Positions 13,784 to 24,468 of a DNA stretch of 64,000 bases are shown one piece after another (the stretch's first letter is position 1; every line of letters begins with the position of its first letter). The notes below the pieces were generated by a model. It was not told where the DNA came from. It ran no database searches and worked only from the letters and a program-made list of their open reading frames with translations. The translations under genes and the position numbers were made by a program. The DNA comes from Alphaproteobacteria bacterium (GTDB taxonomy: Bacteria > Pseudomonadota > Alphaproteobacteria > UBA8366). The stretch lies in the NCBI GenBank assembly GCA_965206405.1, contig CBDBJQ010000006.1, positions 857,764 to 921,763 on the forward strand, in the 5' to 3' direction.

Positions 13784-14974
13784 ATGGCAAAACAAAAATT
13801 TGAGCGCACGAAGCCGCACTGCAACATCGGCACGATTGGCCATGTGGATCACGGCAAGACGACGCTGACGGCTGCGATCACGAGGGTTTTGTCGGAGGCC
13901 GGCCAGGCCGAGGCGACGTCGTATGAGGAGATTGACAAGGCGCCCGAGGAGAAGGAGCGCGGGATCACCATCAATACGGCGCATGTTGAGTACGAGACAG
14001 ACCAGCGCCACTACGCGCATGTCGATTGCCCGGGCCACGCCGACTACATCAAGAACATGATCACCGGCGCGGCGCAGATGGACGGGGCGATTCTGGTGGT
14101 TTCGGCTACCGACGGGCCGATGCCGCAGACGCGCGAGCACATTCTGCTCGCGCGCCAGGTGGGTGTTCCGGCGATTGTGGTGTTCATCAACAAGGTGGAC
14201 CAGGTCGATGATGAGGAGCTGCTTGATCTGGTGGAGCTCGAGATTCGCGAGTTGCTGGATTACTACGAATTTCCGGGCGACGACATTCCGATCGTCCGCG
14301 GCAGCGCGCTTGCGGCCCTTGAGGGCGGCGATGCGGCGGCGGGAAGCGACGCGATCAAGAAGTTGATGGAGGCTGTGGATACCCATGTTCCGCAGCCGGA
14401 ACGTCCCAAGGACATGCCGTTTCTGATGCCGATCGAGGACGTGTTTTCGATTTCGGGCCGGGGGACGGTGGTGACGGGCCGTATCGAGCAGGGTGTCGTG
14501 CGCACGGGTGGCGACATTGAGATCGTGGGCATCAAGGAAACCTCGAAGACGGTGTGCACGGGCGTTGAGATGTTTCGCAAGATCCTCGACGAGGGCGAGG
14601 CCGGCGACAATGTCGGGTGCCTTCTGCGCGGTATCGACCGCGAGGAGGTGGAGCGGGGCCAGGTTTTGGCGGATCCGGGTACGATCACGCCGCACACGAA
14701 GTTCAGCTGCGAGTGCTACATCCTGGAGAAGGAGGAGGGCGGGCGTCATTCGCCGTTTTTCTCGAATTACCGCCCGCAGTTTTACTTCCGGACGACGGAT
14801 GTGACGGGTTCTGTGGAGCTTGGTCCGGACAAGGAGATGGTTCTGCCGGGAGACACGGTGAAGATGGACGTGTCGCTGATCGTTCCGATCGCGATGGACG
14901 AGGGGTTGCGTTTCGCCATCCGCGAGGGTGGCCGGACTGTCGGCGCCGGCGTCGTCACGGCCATCAAGGAATAA
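13784..14974 (+). CDS. tuf: Translation elongation factor Tu
   Basis: 396 aa with [18 protein letters not shown] and NKVD motifs. Confidence 0.98.
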   Translation: MAKQKFERTKPHCNIGTIGHVDHGKTTLTAAITRVLSEAGQAEATSYEEIDKAPEEKERGITINTAHVEYETDQRHYAHVDCPGHADYIKNMITGAAQMDGAILVVSATDGPMPQTREHILLARQVGVPAIVVFINKVDQVDDEELLDLVELEIRELLDYYEFPGDDIPIVRGSALAALEGGDAAAGSDAIKKLMEAVDTHVPQPERPKDMPFLMPIEDVFSISGRGTVVTGRIEQGVVRTGGDIEIVGIKETSKTVCTGVEMFRKILDEGEAGDNVGCLLRGIDREEVERGQVLADPGTITPHTKFSCECYILEKEEGGRHSPFFSNYRPQFYFRTTDVTGSVELGPDKEMVLPGDTVKMDVSLIVPIAMDEGLRFAIREGGRTVGAGVVTAIKE

Positions 14975-15029
14975 AGCAGGGCGTCGCGTAACACCACGCA
15001 ATCGCGCGGGCAGGAAACGGACCGGGATA

Positions 15030-15338
15030 ATGGACAGTCAGAATATCCGCATCAATCTGAAGGCGTTTGATCATCGCATTCTCGATCAGTCCACGCAGGA
15101 GATCGTGAATACGGCGAAGCGCACGGGTGCCGAGGTTTGCGGGCCGATTCCGCTGCCGGTCCGGATCGAGCGCTATACCGTCCTGCGCTCGCCGCATATC
15201 GACAAGAAGAGTCGCGAGCAGTTTGAGATCAGGACCTACAAGCGGATACTCGACATCGTTGATCCGACACCCCAGACAATCGATGCCTTGATGAAGCTTG
15301 ACCTCGCTGCCGGGGTCAATGTGGAAATCAAGACCTAG
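15030..15338 (+). CDS. rpsJ: 30S ribosomal protein S10
   Basis: 102 aa from the internal ATG 15030 ([19 protein letters not shown]...). The ORF-track start at 14928 overlaps the tuf 3' end and is rejected. Confidence 0.95.
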   Translation: MDSQNIRINLKAFDHRILDQSTQEIVNTAKRTGAEVCGPIPLPVRIERYTVLRSPHIDKKSREQFEIRTYKRILDIVDPTPQTIDALMKLDLAAGVNVEIKT

Positions 15339-15349
15339 GAGTGGGTGTG

Positions 15350-16234
15350 GTGCGTAGTGGACTCATAGCCCGAAAACTTGGGATGTCCCGCGTGTTCGAC
15401 GCCAACGGGACACATGTGCCCGTCACTGTGCTCAAGATCGATGAGTGCGAGGTGGTGGCGGTGCGCCGTCGCGAGATCCACGGCTACGATGCGGTCCAGC
15501 TCGGTGCGGAGAACGCTAAGGAAAAACACACAACGCGCCCCCAGCGCGGACACTTCGCCAAAGCGGGTGTTTCGCCGAAGCGCCGTCTCGCCGAATTCCG
15601 GGTGACGGAGGACACGTTGCTTGAGGTCGGCGCAGAGCTTACGGCAGCGCATTTTGTCGAGGGACAGTTCGTCGACGTCAGCGGTCGCAGTATTGGCAAG
15701 GGGTTTGCCGGGGCAATGAAGCGCCACGGCTTTTCCGGTCTCAGGGCGAGTCATGGCGTGTCGGTGTCCCATCGCAGCCATGGGTCGACCGGCAACAGCC
15801 AGGATCCCGGAAAGGTCTTCAAGGGCAAGAAGATGGCCGGGCATATGGGTACCCGCCGTATCACAACCCAAAATCTGAAGGTCGTCTCTGTTGACGCAGA
15901 CCGCGGCCTGCTTTTCGTCAAGGGAGCGGTGCCAGGCTCAAAGGGCGGCTGGGTCCTGATCCAGGACGCAATCAAGCGGAAACTTCCTGAGGAGGCACCA
16001 CTGCCGGCCGGGTTGCGCGGCGACCCGAATGCAGTCGACGCCACCAAGGGAACTGCCACCGAAGAAACATCTGCTGAAGAGACAGTAGAAGAGACCATCG
16101 CTGAAGAGGCGGCCGTTACCGAAGAAACAATCGTCAAAGAAACCTCCGCCAAGGAGGCGCCTGCTGAGGAAACCAGCGATGACAGCGCGGGCGGCGACGA
16201 GGCCGACAACAAGAAAAGCGGAGGCGGGGAGTGA
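15350..16234 (+). CDS. rplC: 50S ribosomal protein L3 with a long acidic C-terminal extension
   Basis: [17 protein letters not shown]... from GTG 15350 (AGGAG ends 9 nt upstream; GTG 15341 and 15347 are also possible). The core includes [18 protein letters not shown]. The tail from about nt 16016 is EET-rich. Confidence 0.93.
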   Translation: MRSGLIARKLGMSRVFDANGTHVPVTVLKIDECEVVAVRRREIHGYDAVQLGAENAKEKHTTRPQRGHFAKAGVSPKRRLAEFRVTEDTLLEVGAELTAAHFVEGQFVDVSGRSIGKGFAGAMKRHGFSGLRASHGVSVSHRSHGSTGNSQDPGKVFKGKKMAGHMGTRRITTQNLKVVSVDADRGLLFVKGAVPGSKGGWVLIQDAIKRKLPEEAPLPAGLRGDPNAVDATKGTATEETSAEETVEETIAEEAAVTEETIVKETSAKEAPAEETSDDSAGGDEADNKKSGGGE

Positions 16235-16239
16235 ACGTC

Positions 16240-16860
16240 ATGAAGTGCGGCGTCATTTCCTTCGACAATAAGGCGGCCGGGGAGATTGAGCTTTCTGAGG
16301 CTGTGTTCGGCGCCGAGGTGCGCACCGACATCCTCGCCAGGACGGTGAACTGGCAGCTAGCCGGTCGCCGCGCCGGGACGCATAAAACCAAGGGTATGGG
16401 CGAGGTTAGAGGCACAACCGCGAAGTTCAGGCCCCAGAAGAAGACCGGGTCGGCGCGTGTCGGCTCCGCGCGCGCACCGCACCGACGCGGCGGCGGCGTG
16501 GTGTTCGGCCCCGTGGTCAGGAGCCACGCCCACAAGCTTCCCAAGCGCGTGCGCCGAATGGCCATGCGCTGCGTCCTGTCCATGAAGCGGAACGAGGGCA
16601 AGCTGGTTGTGCTCCGGGACGTGGTTTTCCAGAGTTCCAAGACGTCGGAGCTGGCCGAGCGGTTGCGTGAACTGGGATGGCAGAAGCCGCTGATCGTGGT
16701 CGGCGAAAACATGGACAAGAATCTTTCGCGCGCGGCGCGGAACCTCGCCGACGTGCAGATTTTGCCGGCCGCCGGTGCGAATGTTTTCGACATCATGCGT
16801 TGCGAGACTCTAGTCCTCACCCAGGGCGCGATCGCGGCGCTCGAGGCGCGGCTGTCATGA
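16240..16860 (+). CDS. rplD: 50S ribosomal protein L4
   Basis: MKCGVISFDNKAAGEIELSEAVFG...RPQKKTGSARVGSARAPHRRGGGVVFGP. ATG 16240 is preferred over GTG 16231, which overlaps the rplC stop. Confidence 0.93.
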   Translation: MKCGVISFDNKAAGEIELSEAVFGAEVRTDILARTVNWQLAGRRAGTHKTKGMGEVRGTTAKFRPQKKTGSARVGSARAPHRRGGGVVFGPVVRSHAHKLPKRVRRMAMRCVLSMKRNEGKLVVLRDVVFQSSKTSELAERLRELGWQKPLIVVGENMDKNLSRAARNLADVQILPAAGANVFDIMRCETLVLTQGAIAALEARLS

Positions 16861-17183
16861 GCTGGAAATACTACCGCAAGCAGACGGAATTGAGCTCCGA
16901 CCGAGTCTACGAGGTGCTTCGTTCGCCGGTGATCAGCGAAAAGGCGATGCGCAGCCTGGAAGATGGGCAGGTCACTTTTAAGGTGGCAATCGACGCGACC
17001 AAGCCCGAGATCAAAGCTGCGATCGAGAAGCTCTACAACGTCAATGTTCGTACGGTGAACACGATCCGGCAGAAGGGCAAGGCTGTGCGGTTTCGCAACC
17101 GTCCGGGCCGGCGCAGCGGTTACAAGAAAGCGGTCGTCAGGCTCGAAGAAGGCCAATCGATCGACGTGACGACGGGACTTTGA
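16857..17183 (+). CDS. rplW: 50S ribosomal protein L23
   Basis: 108 aa from ATG 16857 (ATGA overlap with the rplD stop): ...[24 protein letters not shown]... Confidence 0.93.
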   Translation: MSWKYYRKQTELSSDRVYEVLRSPVISEKAMRSLEDGQVTFKVAIDATKPEIKAAIEKLYNVNVRTVNTIRQKGKAVRFRNRPGRRSGYKKAVVRLEEGQSIDVTTGL

Positions 17184-17187
17184 CGCC

Positions 17188-18021
17188 ATGGCACTGAAAG
17201 TATTCAAACCAGTCACGCCTGGTCAGCGCGAGCTTGTCATCGTCGACCGCTCGGAGTTGCACAAGGGCAAGCCTGTGAAGACCCTGACGCGGGGGTTGTC
17301 GCAGAAGGCTGGCCGCAACAACACCGGTCGCATCACGGCTCGTCGTCGCGGGGGCGGGCATAAGCGCCGGTATCGTCAAATCGATTTCAAACGGCAGAAA
17401 ATGGACATGCCGGCAACGGTTGAGCGCATCGAATATGACCCGAACCGGACCGCGTTCATCGCCCTGGTTCGCTACGAGGACGGAGAGCTGAGCTATATCC
17501 TTGCGCCCCAGCGGCTGAATGCCGGCGACAAGGTCGTATCTTCGCGCAAAGCCGATATCCGGCCGGGAAACGCGATGCCGATGGACAGTATTCCCGTCGG
17601 CACGATTGTCCACAATGTCGAGATGAAGCCCGGCAAGGGCGGGCAGATCGCGCGCAGCGCCGGTGCCTACGTCCAGATTGTCGGACGGGATACAAGATAC
17701 GTTCAGCTAAAACTCGGCTCGGGCGAGGTGCGGATGGTGAACGCCGACTGCATGGCGACCATCGGCGCGGTCTCGAATCCCGATCAGGCCAACATCAAGC
17801 TCGCCAAGGCCGGCCGCAAGCGCTGGCTCGGCAAGCGGCCGTCGGTCAGGGGCGTTGCCATGAACCCGGTCGACCATCCCCATGGCGGTGGTGAGGGCAA
17901 GAGTTCCGGTGGCCGACACCCGGTGACGCCCTGGGGAAAGTCGACCAAGGGGTTGCGGACACGCAGCAAGAACAAGGCGAGCGACCGGCTGATTGTCCGT
18001 CGGCGCTACAAAAAGAAGTAG
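17188..18021 (+). CDS. rplB: 50S ribosomal protein L2
   Basis: 277 aa: [14 protein letters not shown]...[29 protein letters not shown]. Confidence 0.97.
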   Translation: MALKVFKPVTPGQRELVIVDRSELHKGKPVKTLTRGLSQKAGRNNTGRITARRRGGGHKRRYRQIDFKRQKMDMPATVERIEYDPNRTAFIALVRYEDGELSYILAPQRLNAGDKVVSSRKADIRPGNAMPMDSIPVGTIVHNVEMKPGKGGQIARSAGAYVQIVGRDTRYVQLKLGSGEVRMVNADCMATIGAVSNPDQANIKLAKAGRKRWLGKRPSVRGVAMNPVDHPHGGGEGKSSGGRHPVTPWGKSTKGLRTRSKNKASDRLIVRRRYKKK

Positions 18022-18036
18022 GCGGAGGATTAACTG

Positions 18037-18315
18037 GTGTCTCGTTCCGTATGGAAAGGTCCGTTTGTCGATGGCTATCTTCTCAAAAAAGCGGAGATCG
18101 TCAGGTCATCGGGGCGCAATGACGTCATTCGTACATGGTCCCGCCGTTCGGTCATCTTGCCGCAGTTCGTCGGCCTGATTTTCGGCGTCCACAACGGACA
18201 GAAGTTCATTCCTGTTCTCGTGACGGAGAACATGATCGGTCACAAGTTCGGCGAGTTCTCGCCGACCAGAACCTTCTATGGCCATGCGGCCGATAAGAAG
18301 GCACGGAGGGCCTGA
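18037..18315 (+). CDS. rpsS: 30S ribosomal protein S19
   Basis: 92 aa with a GTG start: [12 protein letters not shown]...[29 protein letters not shown]. Confidence 0.96.
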   Translation: MSRSVWKGPFVDGYLLKKAEIVRSSGRNDVIRTWSRRSVILPQFVGLIFGVHNGQKFIPVLVTENMIGHKFGEFSPTRTFYGHAADKKARRA

Positions 18316-18319
18316 GGCG

Positions 18320-18700
18320 ATGGGTAAACAGAAAGCCGAGCGGCGCCTCGCTGACAACGAAGCAATGGCCTACGCCCGGATGCTGCGGGTGAGCCCGCAG
18401 AAGCTGAACCTGGTGGCCCAGATGATCCGCGGAAAATCCGCGAGTGCGGCACTGGACACCCTGGCCTTTTCTCGCCGCCGCATCGCCGCGGAGGTGAAGA
18501 AGGTGGTGGAATCGGCGGTTGCCAATGCCGAGAACAATCATGATCTCGACGTGGACAATCTGTATGTGAAGGAAGCGACAGTGGGCAAGAGCATAGTGAT
18601 GAAGCGGTTTCGGCCACGGGCCCGGGGGCGGGCTGGCAGGATCCAGAAACCGATCAGCAATCTGAGGGTTGTGGTCGAGGAACGTGAGGGGGCTGAGTAA
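18320..18700 (+). CDS. rplV: 50S ribosomal protein L22
   Basis: 126 aa from ATG 18320: ...[20 protein letters not shown]...[24 protein letters not shown]. Confidence 0.95.
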   Translation: MGKQKAERRLADNEAMAYARMLRVSPQKLNLVAQMIRGKSASAALDTLAFSRRRIAAEVKKVVESAVANAENNHDLDVDNLYVKEATVGKSIVMKRFRPRARGRAGRIQKPISNLRVVVEEREGAE

Positions 18701-19392
18701 TGGGACAGAAGGTAAATCCCGTTGGTTTCCGGCTCGGCATCAACCGGACTTGGGATTCGCGGTGGTACGCGGAGAAAGGGTACGGGGCCCAGTTGCACAC
18801 TGATATCGCCATCCGCGAGCATGTATTCCAGAAGCTCGATCACGCCGCCATTTCGCGCGTTGTCATTGAGCGGCCGGCGAAAAAAGCACGAATCACGATC
18901 CACACGGCGCGGCCCGGGGTGGTGATCGGCAAGAAGGGCGCCGATATCGACGAGCTGCGCCGCGAGCTGAAGGCGATCGGCGGCGACAAGATCGATCTCG
19001 CCGATATCGCTGTCAACATTGTGGAGGTTCGCAAACCGGAACTCGACGCCAAGCTGGTAGCGGAAAACATAGCCTCCCAGCTGAGCCGGCGAGTGGCCTT
19101 CCGGCGGGCGATGAAGCGGGCCGTGCAGTCGGCGATCCGTCTCGGCGCTGACGGGATTCGAATCAAGTGCGGTGGCCGTCTCGGCGGCGCCGAGATCGCG
19201 CGCACGGAATGGTATCGCGAGGGGCGGGTGCCGCTGCACACCCTGCGCGCCGACATCGACTACGGCGTCGCCACGGCAAAAACGACCTACGGTACGTGCG
19301 GCGTCAAGGTATGGATCTTCAAGGGCGAGATCATGGAGCATGATCCAACCAGCTCCGAGCGCCGCCTCCAGGAGCGTCAACCGCGCCGCTGA
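18700..19392 (+). CDS. rpsC: 30S ribosomal protein S3
   Basis: 230 aa: [24 protein letters not shown]...[31 protein letters not shown]. Confidence 0.97.
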   Translation: MGQKVNPVGFRLGINRTWDSRWYAEKGYGAQLHTDIAIREHVFQKLDHAAISRVVIERPAKKARITIHTARPGVVIGKKGADIDELRRELKAIGGDKIDLADIAVNIVEVRKPELDAKLVAENIASQLSRRVAFRRAMKRAVQSAIRLGADGIRIKCGGRLGGAEIARTEWYREGRVPLHTLRADIDYGVATAKTTYGTCGVKVWIFKGEIMEHDPTSSERRLQERQPRR

Positions 19393-19416
19393 GGCTGCGC
19401 CGACAGGAAGCAATCG

Positions 19417-19845
19417 ATGCTGAGTCCGAAGAGAACCAAGTACCGGAAAGCCCACAAGGGGCGCATCCACGGTGTCGCCAAGGGTGGAACGGTGCTGAAT
19501 TTCGGCGCCTATGGCCTCAAGGCGATGGAGCCGGGCCGGATCACGGCGCGGCAGATTGAGGCTGCACGGCGCGCCGTGACCAGGTACATCAAGCGCGCCG
19601 GCAAGGTGTGGATCCGGATGTTCCCGGACGTACCGGTTAGTGGAAAGCCGGCCGAGGTTCGCATGGGCAAGGGCAAGGGTTCGCCGGAGTTCTGGATGTG
19701 CCGGATCAAGCCGGGCCGGGTGATGTTCGAACTTGACGGTGTCAACGAAGAGACGGCGAAGCGGGCCTTCGAGCTGGCTGCCGCAAAACTGCCAATCCGG
19801 TGTCGCTTCATCTCGCGCGGCGAGACGGGAGGTGTCGGACAATGA
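19417..19845 (+). CDS. rplP: 50S ribosomal protein L16
   Basis: 142 aa: [19 protein letters not shown]...[12 protein letters not shown]. Confidence 0.97.
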   Translation: MLSPKRTKYRKAHKGRIHGVAKGGTVLNFGAYGLKAMEPGRITARQIEAARRAVTRYIKRAGKVWIRMFPDVPVSGKPAEVRMGKGKGSPEFWMCRIKPGRVMFELDGVNEETAKRAFELAAAKLPIRCRFISRGETGGVGQ

Positions 19846-20072
19846 AGGCGGCAGAGTGGCGGCAGAAGAGCGACGACGAGCTCGCCAGCGAACTGGAGAA
19901 TTTGCAGAAGGAAGCGTTCAACATGCGCTTCCAGAAGGCGAACGATTTGCTTGAGAACACGTCCCGGGTGCGCATCGTGCGACGCGACATCGCCCGTATT
20001 AGGACGATCCAGGCTGTGCGTGGCGCGCAGCAGGGCGAAGCACCGGCACAGCAGGGCGGAGGAGAAGCGTAA
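19842..20072 (+). CDS. rpmC: 50S ribosomal protein L29
   Basis: 76 aa from ATG 19842 (ATGA overlap with the rplP stop): [31 protein letters not shown]... It has a short Gln/Gly/Ala C-terminal tail. Confidence 0.93.
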   Translation: MKAAEWRQKSDDELASELENLQKEAFNMRFQKANDLLENTSRVRIVRRDIARIRTIQAVRGAQQGEAPAQQGGGEA

Positions 20073-20317
20073 TGGCCAGACGCGTCATGCAGGGGCGGGT
20101 TCTCCGCGATGCCAAGGACAAGACCGTCCCGGTACTCGTCGAGCGAAGGGTCAAACACCCGCTCTACAAGAAATACATCCGGCGTTCGAAGAAGTTTCTC
20201 GCCCATGATGAGCAGAACACGTCGCGTGAAGGCGACATCGTCCGCATCATAGAAGCCCGACCGATATCGAAGAGAAAGCGCTTCGTTGTGGTCGCCGAGG
20301 CGACGCAGGAAAACTGA
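20072..20317 (+). CDS. rpsQ: 30S ribosomal protein S17
   Basis: 81 aa: [42 protein letters not shown]. The start overlaps the rpmC stop by 1 nt. Confidence 0.96.
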   Translation: MARRVMQGRVLRDAKDKTVPVLVERRVKHPLYKKYIRRSKKFLAHDEQNTSREGDIVRIIEARPISKRKRFVVVAEATQEN

Positions 20318-20329
20318 AGGCGCAGCGCA

Positions 20330-20698
20330 ATGATTCAGATGCAGACCAATCTTGGCGTTGCCGACAATTCGGGCGCCCGCAAGGTGCAGTGCCTGAAGGT
20401 GCTCGGCGGCTCGAAGCGTATGATTGCCGGAATCGGGGATGTGATTGTGATCTCGGTCAAGGAGGCGACTCCCCGCGGCCGAGTGAAGAAGGGCGATATT
20501 CACCGTGCGGTGATCGTACGCACCGCCAAGGAAGTGCGCCGCATCGATGGATCGAGCATCCGCTTCGACCGCAATGCTGCGGTATTGATCGACGACAACA
20601 ACGAGCCGATCGGGACGCGTATCTTCGGCCCGGTGACGCGGGAACTGCGGGCGCGCCAATTCATGAAGATTATTTCGCTGGCACCGGAAGTGATCTGA
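20330..20698 (+). CDS. rplN: 50S ribosomal protein L14
   Basis: 122 aa: [30 protein letters not shown]... Confidence 0.97.
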   Translation: MIQMQTNLGVADNSGARKVQCLKVLGGSKRMIAGIGDVIVISVKEATPRGRVKKGDIHRAVIVRTAKEVRRIDGSSIRFDRNAAVLIDDNNEPIGTRIFGPVTRELRARQFMKIISLAPEVI

Positions 20699-20725
20699 GG
20701 AAAAATCGGACAGGGTACGAGAACG

Positions 20726-21043
20726 ATGGCCGCGAAATTCAGGAAAGGTGACCGGGTCCAGGTCCTTGCGGGCAAGGACAAGGGCGCGGAGGGAGAGATC
20801 CTTCACATGCTCCCCGAGCGCCGGAAGGCGATCGTGCGCGGCATCAACATCAGCCGTCGGCACCAGGGCGCCACCCGCACCGGTCCTGGAGGGATGGTCG
20901 ACAAGGAAATGCCGATCGCGCTGTCCAATCTCGCACATCTCGATCCGGCCGACAGCAAGCCGGTACGGGTCGGGTTCAAATTTCTCGATGACGGCCGCAA
21001 GGTTCGCTACGCCAAGCGTTCCGGCGAAGTCATCGACGGGTGA
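20726..21043 (+). CDS. rplX: 50S ribosomal protein L24
   Basis: 105 aa: [26 protein letters not shown] (KOW motif). Confidence 0.96.
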   Translation: MAAKFRKGDRVQVLAGKDKGAEGEILHMLPERRKAIVRGINISRRHQGATRTGPGGMVDKEMPIALSNLAHLDPADSKPVRVGFKFLDDGRKVRYAKRSGEVIDG

Positions 21044-21054
21044 GGAATCGAGCA

Positions 21055-21612
21055 ATGGCCGAAAATGGTTACATTCCCCGCCTTCGGGAACTCTACGATA
21101 CAACGGTGCAGCCGGCTCTGATCGAGCAGTTCGGCTATACGAATCCGCTGATGGCGCCGCGTGTCGAGAAGATCGTCGTCAATATGGGCGAAGGCGGCGC
21201 CGCAGACGACAGGAAGAAGATCGACGCGATCTGCGGCGACCTTGCCCTGATTACGGGACAGAAACCCCAGGTGACGAAGGCCCGCAAGTCGATCGCGAAC
21301 TTCAAGCTGCGCGAGGGTATGGCTATCGGCGCCAAGGTCACCCTGAGGCGGAACAGGATGTATGATTTCCTCGATCGTCTGGTGACGGTCGCGCTGCCTC
21401 GCGTCCGCGATTTTCGCGGGCTGCCGCCGGGCAGTTTCGACCGTCGGGGCAACTACAATTTCGGGCTTCGCGAGCAGATCGTGTTTCCCGAGATCGACTA
21501 CGACAAGGTCGATGTTATCCGTGGCATGGACATCGCCATTTGCACGACAGCACAAACTGACGAGGAAGCGAAGGCCCTTCTGTCCGGCTTCAATTTGCCG
21601 TTCAGGACCTGA
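21055..21612 (+). CDS. rplE: 50S ribosomal protein L5
   Basis: 185 aa from ATG 21055 (GAGGA 8 nt upstream): [45 protein letters not shown]... Confidence 0.95.
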   Translation: MAENGYIPRLRELYDTTVQPALIEQFGYTNPLMAPRVEKIVVNMGEGGAADDRKKIDAICGDLALITGQKPQVTKARKSIANFKLREGMAIGAKVTLRRNRMYDFLDRLVTVALPRVRDFRGLPPGSFDRRGNYNFGLREQIVFPEIDYDKVDVIRGMDIAICTTAQTDEEAKALLSGFNLPFRT

Positions 21613-21633
21613 GGGAAGGGCTAAGGGAGAATC

Positions 21634-21939
21634 ATGGCTAAAAAGAGCGCCATCGAGAAGAACAAACGGCGGGCAAGACTGGTCCGTCGCCATGCGGCCC
21701 GGCGTGACCGACTCCGCGCAGTCGCCAACGACCGCACGGTGTCGGCGGAGGAGCGCTATACGGCCCGGCTTAAGCTCGCTGAGATGCCGAGGAACTCCTC
21801 GCAGGTCCGGGTTCGCAATCGTTGTCACATGACGGGGCGTCCCCGAGGCTTCTATCGGAAGTTCGGGATTTCCCGGATGGGTCTCCGTGAACTGGCTCTA
21901 AAGGGCCAGGTACCCGGTATGACCAAGTCGAGCTGGTAA
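21634..21939 (+). CDS. rpsN: 30S ribosomal protein S14 (long form)
   Basis: 101 aa: [13 protein letters not shown]...[43 protein letters not shown]. Confidence 0.96.
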   Translation: MAKKSAIEKNKRRARLVRRHAARRDRLRAVANDRTVSAEERYTARLKLAEMPRNSSQVRVRNRCHMTGRPRGFYRKFGISRMGLRELALKGQVPGMTKSSW

Positions 21940-21965
21940 AAGAAACGGACTGGGGAATTGTTGCG

Positions 21966-22364
21966 ATGACGATGAGCGATCCTCTCGGAGATATGCTGAC
22001 CCGGATCCGCAATGGCCAGCGGAGCGGAAAGACGACGATCGTCTGTCCGTCCTCCCGGCTGCGCACCAACGTGCTCGAGGTTCTCAAGCGCGAAGGCTAC
22101 ATCCGCGGTTATAGCTGGGCCGAACTCCGCGCCGGTCTCAGCGAGCTGACGATTGAGCTCAAATACCACAATGGTGAGCCGGTAATCCGGGACATCAGCC
22201 GGATATCGACGCCGGGACGGCGGGTTTATTCCAGGGTCAAGGACCTTTCGATCATCTATAACGGGCTCGGCATCTCGATCCTGTCGACTCCGTGCGGCGT
22301 CCTCTCTGACGCCGAGGCGCGTGAGAAGAACGTCGGCGGCGAAATCCTGTGCCAGGTGTTTTAG
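21966..22364 (+). CDS. rpsH: 30S ribosomal protein S8
   Basis: 132 aa: MTMSDPLGDMLTRIRNGQRS... Confidence 0.96.
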   Translation: MTMSDPLGDMLTRIRNGQRSGKTTIVCPSSRLRTNVLEVLKREGYIRGYSWAELRAGLSELTIELKYHNGEPVIRDISRISTPGRRVYSRVKDLSIIYNGLGISILSTPCGVLSDAEAREKNVGGEILCQVF

Positions 22365-22377
22365 GAGAAATCGGATA

Positions 22378-22917
22378 ATGTCGCGTGTAGGTCAGAGCCC
22401 GGTTGCCATTCCCGACGGTGTCGAGGTGTCGACTGCCGCCGGTGTGCTGACGGCCAAGGGCAAGCTCGGCACCATGGTGGTGCCGCTGTCCGACGAGGTG
22501 ACGGTCTCGGTGGAAAACGGCAACGTCGTCGTGAAAAACCAGAGCGATTCGCACCATTCCCGTGCCATGTGGGGAACGATGCGCAGTCTCGTCAGCAACG
22601 CCGTGACCGGCGTGTCGGAAGGGTTCACCCGCCGTCTCGAGGTCAATGGTGTCGGTTATCGGGCGCAGCTTCAGGGCAACAATCTCAACCTCCAGCTCGG
22701 CTACAGCCACGACATTGTCTACAAGCCGGCCGAGGGGATAAAGATTTCTGTCGAGGGAGATCGCGGCAGCATCATCGCCGTAACCGGTGTCGACAAGCAG
22801 GTTGTGGGCCAAGCGGCGAGCGACATCCGCTCTTTCCGCAAACCGGAACCCTACAAGGGCAAGGGTATTCGCTACGAGAACGAGATTGTACTGCGCAAGG
22901 AAGGCAAGAAGAAGTAG
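22378..22917 (+). CDS. rplF: 50S ribosomal protein L6
   Basis: 179 aa from ATG 22378: MSRVGQSPVAIPDGVEV...GVGYRAQLQGNNLNLQLGYSH...PEPYKGKGIRYENE. Confidence 0.95.
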   Translation: MSRVGQSPVAIPDGVEVSTAAGVLTAKGKLGTMVVPLSDEVTVSVENGNVVVKNQSDSHHSRAMWGTMRSLVSNAVTGVSEGFTRRLEVNGVGYRAQLQGNNLNLQLGYSHDIVYKPAEGIKISVEGDRGSIIAVTGVDKQVVGQAASDIRSFRKPEPYKGKGIRYENEIVLRKEGKKK

Positions 22918-22929
22918 GCGTATCGGGAT

Positions 22930-23292
22930 ATGCAGGACAAGAAATATCTTTTCAAAAGACGCAAGCAGCGCATACGCCAGCGGTTGCGCCGGGCGGTCGG
23001 AAACAGGCCCCGGCTTTCGGTATTCCGTTCAAACAGGCACATCTATGCCCAGATTATCGACGATGCTGCGGGGCGCACCCTTGCGGCGGCGTCCTCGCTC
23101 GAGAAAGCCGTGCAGGGAGAGTGCCCCAAGAGTTGGGATACGGAAGCGGCCAGTGCTGTTGGACGACTGATCGCCGAGCGCGCGCAGAGCGCCGAGGTTG
23201 TCGATGTGGTTTTTGACCGTGGCGGCTGTCCCTATCACGGCCGGGTTAAGGCGCTGGGCGACGCAGCCCGGGACGCCGGACTGAATTTCTGA
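22930..23292 (+). CDS. rplR: 50S ribosomal protein L18
   Basis: 120 aa: ...[20 protein letters not shown]...[28 protein letters not shown]. Confidence 0.96.
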   Translation: MQDKKYLFKRRKQRIRQRLRRAVGNRPRLSVFRSNRHIYAQIIDDAAGRTLAAASSLEKAVQGECPKSWDTEAASAVGRLIAERAQSAEVVDVVFDRGGCPYHGRVKALGDAARDAGLNF

Positions 23293-23308
23293 CGGGAGAG
23301 CGGAAGTA

Positions 23309-24238
23309 ATGGCGCGAGCACCAAGTCGAGCACCATCTGAACGGTATGGCCGAGAGGCCCGCGGCGAAGGGTCCGACCTGATGGAGAAGCTGGTCGCGAT
23401 CAACCGGGTCGCGAAGGTCGTCAAGGGTGGCCGGCGGTTCGGATTTTCCGCGATCGTGGTCATCGGCGACGGTAGCGGCCGAGCTGGTTTCGGCACCGGC
23501 AAGGCGCGCGAGGTGCCGGAAGCCATCCGCAAGGCGACCGAACAGGCCCGCCGGGGTATGGTCAGGGTGCCCCTGCGCCAGGGTCGGACGCTGCATCACG
23601 ATGTCACGGGCCGCTACGGTGCGGGCAGGGTGGCGTTGCGCAACGCACCTCCCGGAACCGGTATCATTGCGGGCGGGCCGATGCGCGCCGTTTTCGAGGT
23701 GCTCGGGATCCAGGACGTGGTTGCCAAGTCGATTGGTAGCTCCAATCCCCACAACATGGTCCGGGCCACCTTTGCGGCTCTTGCCAACTGCTCATCGCCG
23801 AGCCGTATCGCCGCCAAGCGCGGTAAGAAGGTTGCGGAGGTTTTCGCTAACCGGGAGCCTGAGGCCCGCCAGGCGGCGGCGCGCGCAGCCGAACAGGAAG
23901 CCGCCGCAGCCACCGAAACCACCGAAATGCCGGCAGCCGAGATTCCCGAGACCCCGGTAGCTGAAACTCCGGTAGCCGAGACTCCCGAGGCCACCGCAAC
24001 TTCTGACGCTCCCGCAGCGACTGCCGAAGTGGCTCCCGCAACGCCTGAGGCCCCCGCGGCCGTCGATGGATCCACAGAAACACTTGCAGAAGCACCCGCA
24101 GAAGCTGCGGCATCTGAGGCCCCGGCCGACGAAACTTCGGCAGCCGAGACTCCGGCAGCCGAGACTCCGGCAGCCGAGGTTTCCGGGGATGCCGGAGAGG
24201 TGAAGGACGAGAAGGCGAAGGGCAAGGACGATGGCTAA
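23309..24238 (+). CDS. rpsE: 30S ribosomal protein S5 with a C-terminal repeat extension of about 130 aa
   Basis: 309 aa. The S5 core is [49 protein letters not shown]...[13 protein letters not shown]. From about residue 181 the sequence is an Ala/Glu/Thr/Pro low-complexity tail. Confidence 0.95.
   Translation: MARAPSRAPSERYGREARGEGSDLMEKLVAINRVAKVVKGGRRFGFSAIVVIGDGSGRAGFGTGKAREVPEAIRKATEQARRGMVRVPLRQGRTLHHDVTGRYGAGRVALRNAPPGTGIIAGGPMRAVFEVLGIQDVVAKSIGSSNPHNMVRATFAALANCSSPSRIAAKRGKKVAEVFANREPEARQAAARAAEQEAAAATETTEMPAAEIPETPVAETPVAETPEATATSDAPAATAEVAPATPEAPAAVDGSTETLAEAPAEAAASEAPADETSAAETPAAETPAAEVSGDAGEVKDEKAKGKDDG
23948..23992. repeat. 15-bp tandem repeat x3 inside the rpsE tail ([15 protein letters not shown])
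   Basis: gagaccccggtagct / gaaactccggtagcc / gagactcccgaggcc, read directly. Confidence 0.9.
24131..24180. repeat. 15-bp tandem repeat x3 plus a partial copy inside the rpsE tail ([16 protein letters not shown])
   Basis: gaaacttcggcagcc / gagactccggcagcc / gagactccggcagcc / gaggt. Same consensus unit as the block at 23948-23992. Confidence 0.93.
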
Positions 24239-24425
24239 GGCACCCAAGACCCTGCGGGTCACCCAGACCGGGAGCCCGATCCGGAGGCCTGGAAAACAGC
24301 GTCAAACCCTGATTGGCCTTGGCCTCAACAAAATGAACCGCACGCGCGAGCTTGAGGATACCCCGGCTATTCGTGGCATGATCCGAAAAGTTAGCCATAT
24401 GGTACGTATCGAGGGAGAAAACTGA
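24231..24425 (+). CDS. rpmD: 50S ribosomal protein L30
   Basis: 64 aa: [51 protein letters not shown]. It overlaps the rpsE end by 8 nt. Confidence 0.94.
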   Translation: MAKAPKTLRVTQTGSPIRRPGKQRQTLIGLGLNKMNRTRELEDTPAIRGMIRKVSHMVRIEGEN

Positions 24426-24468
24426 ACACCGCATGGTGTTCGGAAAACAGGTGGACTCAGGTAAACCG

